DNA of 40,654 bases from Cyanobacteriota bacterium (GTDB lineage Bacteria; Cyanobacteriota; Cyanobacteriia; Prochlorotrichales; Prochlorotrichaceae), in assembly GCA_041164445.1 (NCBI GenBank), contig JBEAPM010000084.1, forward strand, positions 1 through 40,654. Direction: 5' to 3'. The stretch's first letter is position 1. The number at the start of each line of letters is the position of its first letter. A program made the translations under genes and the position numbers. This document shows positions 35,700-40,654 of the stretch, one piece after another. A model generated the notes under the pieces. The model saw only the letters and a program-made list of their open reading frames with translations. It was not told the DNA's origin and made no database searches.

Positions 35700-36071
35700 T
35701 TATTCTAAGTCGGCCTTGAAGCTCTCAATGACAGCATAGATTTCGTTCACAGTTACGTTATCCTGGTCAGATTTGATGTAGACGTAAAGAAGAACAACTT
35801 TATTTCACATCAAACTCTGGTAGATAACACGATAACCACTGCTCTTACCTTTGCGAAGATCACTGTTTTTGACACGAACTTTGTAGACAAAATAATCAGG
35901 AAACCCAGTAATACGATCGCCAGGACGTTCACCACTTCTCAGTTGCTCAATCAATGTTTCCAGATCAGATGTAATATTGCGATAGCGCTTTTTCAGATAG
36001 CGAGCTTCCCGCTTAAAGGCATCGGCAACAAAAACCCTGGTAGGGGAAGACTCAGGCATTTCCGTCTTCAT
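35700..36071 (-). pseudogene. RelE/ParE-superfamily toxin interrupted by an in-frame TGA
   Basis: The 88-aa ORF ends ...KGKSSGYRVIYQSLM at TGA (35805-35807). The same frame continues NKVVLLYVYIKSDQDNVTVNEIYAVIESFKADLE to TAA at 35700-35702, restoring the conserved C-terminal strand of the fold. Confidence 0.7.
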
Positions 36072-36288
36072 CCCACAAGGTTTCTACAGGACTAATTCGC
36101 CCCGCTTTGACATCTTCAAGAGCAGAGTAGAAACCATCCAGTACTTTGGCTTTTGGTGTGTCGTCCAAATCCTGCACCGCAATTTGCTGAAGAGCTTGCA
36201 ATATGAAGATTTCAAGAGGGACGTTGAGCTGTGCCGCCAACGGTGAAAGTTTCTGTTCAAGTTCTGTCGGAATTTGGATGGCCAGCAT
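36052..36288 (-). CDS. Putative antitoxin of the RelE/ParE-like module
   Basis: A 78-aa acidic protein immediately upstream of the toxin ORF and overlapping it by 20 nt. Confidence 0.6.
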   Translation of the reverse strand: MLAIQIPTELEQKLSPLAAQLNVPLEIFILQALQQIAVQDLDDTPKAKVLDGFYSALEDVKAGRISPVETLWDEDGNA

Positions 36289-36325
36289 AATTGTATGAGT
36301 ATTGTCCTTTTGCTTTTTTTTATTT

Positions 36326-36389
36326 TAAGGTTCAGGCTGAACCAGGTTGATCAGGAGAAGTGAAGTGAATATTAGCGATCGGGTTTTCA
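36326..36389 (-). pseudogene. 5' fragment (signal peptide only) of a secreted-TPR family gene
   Basis: MKTRSLIFTSLLLINLVQPEP then a stop. Homologous to the in-frame segment SLVFTFTSLFLIGLVQLAREA upstream of the intact TPR gene. Confidence 0.55.
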
Positions 36390-36550
36390 TCAGTGTTTCC
36401 CCGGAATAGCGATCGGGGGTATTTTAGCATGAACCCACCCCTAACCCCTCCCCAGAGGGGAACCGGAAGAAAGAGAGTAGGGGGAGCGATCGCTATTTTG
36501 GTATAGGACAGATTAAAATTAAATGACTGTACAAGTAGCTATCTTTTAAC

Positions 36551-36769
36551 ATGAGAGCAGAACTTACCGCTATTATTGAGCCTGCGATCGAAGGGGGATA
36601 CTGGGCAATCTGTCCAGAGGTACCTGGGGCAAATGGTCAAGGAGAAACGATCGATGATGCTAAAAACAGTCTGAAGGCGGCTATTCAACTCATTTTTAGC
36701 GATCGTCTCGAAGACTTTAAACGAGGTTTATCTCCCGAAGCGATCGAGGAGACTGTTTTGATTCCATGA
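36551..36769 (+). CDS. hicB: HicB-family antitoxin
   Basis: AIIEPAIEGGYWAICPEVPGANGQGETIDDAKNSLKAAI matches the HicB/UPF0150 N-terminal domain pattern. Its stop overlaps the start of the next ORF (ATGA). Confidence 0.8.
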   Translation: MRAELTAIIEPAIEGGYWAICPEVPGANGQGETIDDAKNSLKAAIQLIFSDRLEDFKRGLSPEAIEETVLIP

Positions 36770-36945
36770 AGCGCAAAGATCTCGAAAAGCGGTTAAGAAT
36801 GGCTGGCTGTTATCTGAAACGTGAAGGGAGTGCCCACTCACTTTGGATTAATCCCAATACAGGAATTGTTGAAACTGTGCCAAGGCACTCAGAAATCAAG
36901 GAGTTTTTAGCAAGGAAAATACTGAAAAACTTAGGTGCTGAATAA
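36766..36945 (+). CDS. hicA: HicA-family mRNA interferase toxin (59 aa, below the ORF-track cutoff)
   Basis: My translation is MKRKDLEKRLRMAGCYLKREGSAHSLWINPNTGIVETVPRHSEIKEFLARKILKNLGAE. The GSH...P.H.EI pattern is typical of HicA. Confidence 0.8.
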   Translation: MKRKDLEKRLRMAGCYLKREGSAHSLWINPNTGIVETVPRHSEIKEFLARKILKNLGAE

Positions 36946-37114
36946 GGCGGTTTATTGAGGATATGGGCTTGATATTACTCAGCGCTCGCTCTTGCGGAAT
37001 TACCCAACCCTAAAAGCAAAATGGAGGCGAGGAGGAACGATCGGGGGTATTTTAGCATGAACCCTAATCCCTCCCAAGGAGTAATCTTGGTGCAATACCA
37101 AACAGAATCAATTT

Positions 37115-37516
37115 CTAGCCCTGCCATCTTTGACTACGCATCACATCAAAATGAAAATCGTAGCTCCAGATTGGCAGCTTTAAGCGTTGGCTCACAATAG
37201 CGATCGTTGCATCGCATAGTGTAATTCGTTGATCTCTATAAGTTTGCAACATCTGAATTGCTCGATCGTAATCTACAGAATCTGGATTTATAATTAGAGT
37301 CCCTGTTTTCATCTCTTGCAAGAAGCGTAGTCCGATCGCCGTGCCAAATCGTTTGAGTAAAAGATTATGGCATTCCAACAAAACTGGGTAGATTAGAACG
37401 ACTGGAAGCGATCTCTCGGCTAAAATAATCAGGCTTTGTTGGGCTTCAGAGTGGTAGCTATCGCTTGAATCATAGGCAGCATAAAGAGGGCCAGTATCTG
37501 TGAGAACTCCTTTCAT
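37115..37516 (-). CDS. PIN-domain toxin (VapC-like), 133 aa
   Basis: VLTDTGPLYA near the N-terminus, LLECHNLL, CDATIAIVSQRL and YDFHFD. Its start overlaps the upstream antitoxin stop by 4 nt. Confidence 0.75.
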   Translation of the reverse strand: MKGVLTDTGPLYAAYDSSDSYHSEAQQSLIILAERSLPVVLIYPVLLECHNLLLKRFGTAIGLRFLQEMKTGTLIINPDSVDYDRAIQMLQTYRDQRITLCDATIAIVSQRLKLPIWSYDFHFDVMRSQRWQG

Positions 37517-37764
37517 TCTGAATCAGAATCTGCTAAGACCGCATCATGTTCGAGAGCAGTATTTTTAAAGCCACTCCCAGGAACAATTGGGGTGATACGA
37601 AGGGTAGGAAGATTTGAGTGAATCGAGTCAGATTTTGAATGTTTTGTTAGCACCGCAAGCCACTCGAAAATTTCTGCAAACTTTAAAAGAAAAAGAGTTT
37701 GCCAATCATTCAATTGAGGAACGATCGCTAATAACCTTTGCCGAGCATTGCGGGAGTTTATCAT
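37513..37764 (-). CDS. Putative antitoxin (83 aa) with a conserved N-terminal module
   Basis: Translationally coupled to the PIN ORF. The N-terminus MINSRNARQRLLAIVPQLNDWQTLFLLKF is shared with the ORF at 39271-39504. Confidence 0.65.
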   Translation of the reverse strand: MINSRNARQRLLAIVPQLNDWQTLFLLKFAEIFEWLAVLTKHSKSDSIHSNLPTLRITPIVPGSGFKNTALEHDAVLADSDSE

Positions 37765-38016
37765 GCTATTATCTTAAACTTTATTAGAATCATGGTATAT
37801 ATTATAACATTACCGTTGATAAAGCTGACGCACTTGTTGATCTAAACGATCGGCAAACGATCGCTCTTGCAGGTGTACCCAACCCTAACAGCAAAATAGA
37901 AGCGAGGAGAAGCGATCGGCAAAACGATCGGGGGTATTTTAGCATGAACCCACCCCGAACCCCTCCCCAGAGGGGAACCGAAGGGAGAGAGTAGGGGGAG
38001 CGATCGCTGGCTACCT

Positions 38017-38031
38017 CTCTTATAATAAGAG
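38017..38031. promoter_or_regulatory. Palindromic -10/operator candidate CTCTTAT-A-ATAAGAG
   Basis: A perfect 7+1+7 inverted repeat containing TATAAT, 40 nt upstream of the antitoxin ATG at 38071. The same element lies at 39876-39890. Confidence 0.5.
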
Positions 38032-38070
38032 CGATCGTTAGTCCTATTGAAAAAATTGGAGGCTATTGAG

Positions 38071-38322
38071 ATGAAGACAAAGCTAGATTTACTGGAACTG
38101 AAGCCCCTCGTTCTTAAGCTTTCTGAAAACGATCGCTGGCTATTATTGCAATTTCTCATTGAACTTTTGCGACCACAAACGATCGATAATTCAACACCTA
38201 GCGATCGTGATTTGGGGTGGACTCCTGGTTTTTTTGAACGGACAGCCGGATCATGGCAAGGTGATCCTTTAGAACGTGGCGATCAAGGGAAATATGACGA
38301 ACGAGATTGGAGTTTTTTATGA
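38071..38322 (+). CDS. Putative VapB-type antitoxin
   Basis: GGAGG lies 8 nt upstream of the ATG at 38071. The stop overlaps the vapC start (ATGA). The motif DRWLLLQFLIELLRPQ is shared with the partial ORF at 40510. Confidence 0.65.
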   Translation: MKTKLDLLELKPLVLKLSENDRWLLLQFLIELLRPQTIDNSTPSDRDLGWTPGFFERTAGSWQGDPLERGDQGKYDERDWSFL

Positions 38323-38720
38323 GTTATCTATTGGACACAAACGTTTGTATTCAATACCTGGCTTGTCCTGGTTCTTTAGTCACTGCTCGTATGGCTTCGA
38401 TGTCAAGAGAAACTATATTTTTGTGTGATGTTGTAAAAGCAGAGCTATATTATGGTGCTTACAAAAGCAATCGTAAGTCTGTCAATCTAGCTCTTTTTGA
38501 AGAGTTCTTTGATGAGTTTATTAGTGTACCATTTGACGGAAGATCTGCAAAAATCTATGGAGAAATCAGGGTAACACTTGAACGTAGAGGAACCCCTATT
38601 GGCCCTTATGATTTACAAATTGCAGCAACCGCCTTAGCGAATAACTTAATTTTAGTAACACACAATGTCAGGGAGTTTAGTCGTATTTCTAATTTACAAA
38701 TTGAAGACTGGGAAATTTAA
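38319..38720 (+). CDS. vapC: VapC-family PIN-domain toxin
   Basis: MSYLLDTNVCIQYL, AELYYGA, GPYDLQIAATALANNLILVTHNVREFSRI. Confidence 0.85.
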   Translation: MSYLLDTNVCIQYLACPGSLVTARMASMSRETIFLCDVVKAELYYGAYKSNRKSVNLALFEEFFDEFISVPFDGRSAKIYGEIRVTLERRGTPIGPYDLQIAATALANNLILVTHNVREFSRISNLQIEDWEI

Positions 38721-38837
38721 GGATGGCGATCGCGGTTGCCGGGGTACTCGAACCTAAGAGCAAGCGAGAGGTGAGGAGGAGCGATCGGGTTTCCATGGGG
38801 GGGTCTGCAAAACGATCGGGGTATTTTAGCATGAACC

Positions 38838-39278
38838 CTATTGCCGTCCAAGGGGGATACATTCAAACCCCAATCCAACTTGATTAAAATGATCATCTTC
38901 TGTTATTATTTTCTTTATTTTATACTCTTGCATCACAACCATTGAAGATAAATCAGTGAAAGGAATTCGAGGTTTATCAAGATATTTTATCCGAAGGCTT
39001 TCTGTTTGCTTGAATCTAAGCCTATCAATCTCTACAAGTTCAAAAAAGTTAGATTCAAATGCGCTAGATAGCTGTATCATAGATTGTTTTGCCTGTTCAA
39101 CATTTAAACGCTTAAAAAATAATGTAAATGTTTCATCTAAAACAAATGTACTTGTGTGAATTTTAGACTTGGATGCCAGCATCCCCCGATAAATTTCCAC
39201 AACCTCTGGGTGTTTATATTCTTTGCGATCGTGAAGCGTGAGCCACCCCCAAGTATCAACAAATATTTTTTCACTCAT
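38838..39278 (-). CDS. PIN-domain toxin (VapC-like), about 146 aa
   Basis: IFVDTWGW, FVLDETFTLF, ITEDDHF. The ATG at 39278 overlaps the end of the upstream antitoxin ORF. AT-rich. Confidence 0.7.
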   Translation of the reverse strand: MSEKIFVDTWGWLTLHDRKEYKHPEVVEIYRGMLASKSKIHTSTFVLDETFTLFFKRLNVEQAKQSMIQLSSAFESNFFELVEIDRLRFKQTESLRIKYLDKPRIPFTDLSSMVVMQEYKIKKIITEDDHFNQVGLGFECIPLGRQ

Positions 39279-39504
39279 AGAGATCTTGATCAATATTTTG
39301 AGCTAGTTTACCATTTTCCACAGCCCCGATAAATTTTTCTAAAGGGTTAAAAGATTCCACTTTTTGTATAGCACTATGTTGTCTAGAAAATGAAGGAAAA
39401 GATTGAAGTATTTCAATAAATTTTAGAACCATAAAAGTTTGCCAATCATTCAATTGAGGAACGATCGTTAATAACCGTTGTCGAGCATTGCGGGAGTTCA
39501 TCAT
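39271..39504 (-). CDS. Putative antitoxin (77 aa) with a conserved N-terminal module
   Basis: MMNSRNARQRLLTIVPQLNDWQTFMVLKF is shared with the ORF at 37513-37764. The C-terminal half is unrelated. Confidence 0.65.
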   Translation of the reverse strand: MMNSRNARQRLLTIVPQLNDWQTFMVLKFIEILQSFPSFSRQHSAIQKVESFNPLEKFIGAVENGKLAQNIDQDLYE

Positions 39505-39548
39505 ACTGTCATCTTCAACTTTATTAAATCATGGTATATATTATAACA

Positions 39549-39773
39549 TTACTGTTGGTAAAGCTGACGCGCTTGTTGATCTAAACGATCGGCTTCCTGC
39601 AATCGAGGATCAGTTTGGATTTGCTGCCCTTGGGCGAGGGGATTCAATGGGTCAGCCCTTTGCCCCCTTAAAAATTTTGGAGCCGAAACGATCGCCCCTG
39701 CGGAGTGACCTAAACCTAAAAGCAAAATAGTGGCGAGGAGAAGCGATCGCGTTTCCATGGGGGGGTTCTGCAA
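39549..39773 (-). pseudogene. 5' fragment of a secreted-TPR family gene (signal peptide to ...RLDQQARQLYQQ)
   Basis: METRSLLLATILLLGLGHSAG...DPRLQEADRLDQQARQLYQQ then a stop. It matches the N-terminus of the intact TPR gene (DPRLAEADRLDQQVRQLYQQ-GRYEEG) and breaks exactly after QQ. Confidence 0.65.
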
Positions 39774-39875
39774 AACGATCGGTGGTATTTTAGCATGAAC
39801 CCACCCCTAACCCCTCCCCAGAGGGGAACCGGAAGAAAGTCGGATCTGGAGGATGGGGAGCGATCGCTGCTACGT

Positions 39876-39890
39876 CTCTTATAATAAGAG
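39876..39890. promoter_or_regulatory. Palindromic -10/operator candidate CTCTTAT-A-ATAAGAG, second copy
   Basis: An identical 15-bp palindrome within a roughly 45-bp conserved block, 29 nt upstream of the ATG at 39919. Confidence 0.5.
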
Positions 39891-39918
39891 CGATCGTTAT
39901 CTTCTAAATAATGTAGCT

Positions 39919-40098
39919 ATGAAAGGTGTTCAATTTCTTGTTAACGAAACCGGGGAGAAAACAGCTGTTCAAATTGACCTTGAACAATGGGGGGATCTGT
40001 GGGAAGACTTTTACGACGTGATGATCTCTCATCTTAGAAGAGAGGAACCTGATGTTGAATGGGAAGAGCTAGAAGCCGAAATCCCTGAGGATGCCTAA
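39919..40098 (+). CDS. Putative antitoxin (59 aa, acidic C-terminus)
   Basis: MKGVQFLVNETGEKTAVQIDLEQWGDLWEDFYD. It lies 3 nt upstream of the RelE/ParE toxin ORF. The longer track ORF from 39853 would overlap the promoter palindrome. Confidence 0.65.
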   Translation: MKGVQFLVNETGEKTAVQIDLEQWGDLWEDFYDVMISHLRREEPDVEWEELEAEIPEDA

Positions 40099-40101
40099 TC
40101 C

Positions 40102-40362
40102 ATGGAGTATCGCATCAAATTCAAAGCATCTGCTGCTAAGGAATTTCGGAAACTCCCCGCCAACATTCAAAAACGCTTGCAAATACCGATCAATGCTCTG
40201 AGAAATGATCCGCGTCCATCCGGATCGATCAAGCTCAAAGGTAGTGAGCAACTGTATCGTATTCGTTTGGGTGACTATCGAGTTGTGTATAGTGTTGACG
40301 ATACTATTCAAGTTATTTTTATTACTCGAGTGAGACACCGACGGGATGTTTACAAGGATTAA
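40102..40362 (+). CDS. RelE/ParE-family toxin
   Basis: YRIKFKASAAKEFRKLP...RPSGSIKLKGSEQLYRIRLGDYRVVYSVDDTIQVIFITRVRHRRDVY. Confidence 0.85.
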   Translation: MEYRIKFKASAAKEFRKLPANIQKRLQIPINALRNDPRPSGSIKLKGSEQLYRIRLGDYRVVYSVDDTIQVIFITRVRHRRDVYKD

Positions 40363-40509
40363 TGTTTTTTGAGAAACTGACGGAATAGACCTATTTCCTT
40401 CCAAGATGGAAACCAGCAAAAACGGGGATCTGTGAGGACTGGCAAGAGAGATGGGGAGCGATCGGGTATGATCCCAATTGTAAAAGTTGTCCCGATTCTA
40501 GTGAACACA

Positions 40510-40654
40510 ATGAACACGCAGCTTAAAAGCCCTATTGAACAATTGCAAGAAACCATCAAAGAACTTCCCATGGACGATCGCTGGTTTTTGCTGAAATGGT
40601 TAATTGAACTATTACAACCCCAGGTCAACAATCCACAAGGACAACCAGAAACAC
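40510..40654 (+). CDS. Putative antitoxin, truncated by the window end
   Basis: MNTQLKSPIEQLQETIKELPMDDRWFLLKWLIELLQPQ shares the DRW-LL--LIELL-PQ motif with the antitoxin at 38071. Confidence 0.5.
   Translation, partial: MNTQLKSPIEQLQETIKELPMDDRWFLLKWLIELLQPQVNNPQGQPET

Noticed and set aside
37842-38159. A 105-aa minus-strand ORF spanning the junction region
   Set aside because: It is composed of the family C repeat (SPLGRGSGWVH), a leader fragment and the promoter palindrome. The same spurious peptide arises wherever the repeat occurs (compare 31620-31817).
40069-40631. Minus-strand ORFs of 116 aa and 90 aa at the window end
   Set aside because: They are antisense to a well-supported RelE/ParE toxin and to the partial antitoxin, with no recognisable features.
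1-40654. A search for tRNA, rRNA, tmRNA or RNase P-like sequences
   Set aside because: I saw no T-arm or acceptor-type motifs and no rRNA-like stretches in the intergenic regions. This is a by-eye negative and should be confirmed with tRNAscan-SE or Infernal.

Overview
This is a cyanobacterial chromosomal segment, with HIP1 (GCGATCGC) palindromes throughout and a typical cyanobacterial gene set. Roughly the first 31 kb is housekeeping: dnaN with a dense DnaA-box cluster beside it (probable oriC), an SPFH protein, purN, acpP-fabF, efp-accB, a LivH-type permease, radC, clpS, an RRM RNA-binding protein, prfB with its +1 frameshift site, larB, a Ycf66-like protein, obg and a Ser/Thr kinase. At least three families of short hairpin-containing dispersed repeats are scattered through this backbone. 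Two of them behave like MITEs, one with 8-bp and one with 4-bp target-site duplications. Several copies sit exactly on gene 3' ends and supply the stop codon. The 5' end of the window is an AT-rich patch carrying an intact IS630-family element. The last 5 kb (about 35.7-40.65 kb) is a packed type II toxin-antitoxin island: RelE/ParE x2 (one with an in-frame stop), HicAB, PIN/VapC x3 and one partial module. The cassettes are separated by repeated junction modules made of 5' fragments of a secreted-TPR gene family, a hairpin repeat and a shared palindromic promoter. Candidates of unknown function that deserve follow-up are a tandem paralogous gene pair (17.3-19.4 kb) with a repeated N-terminal module, an orphan HslV/proteasome-beta-like protein with Ser at position 2, and a kinase C-terminal domain encoded by a G+T-only cryptic repeat. 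I recognised no rRNA, tRNA or CRISPR array. All calls come from reading the sequence and ORF translations by eye; no database search was run.
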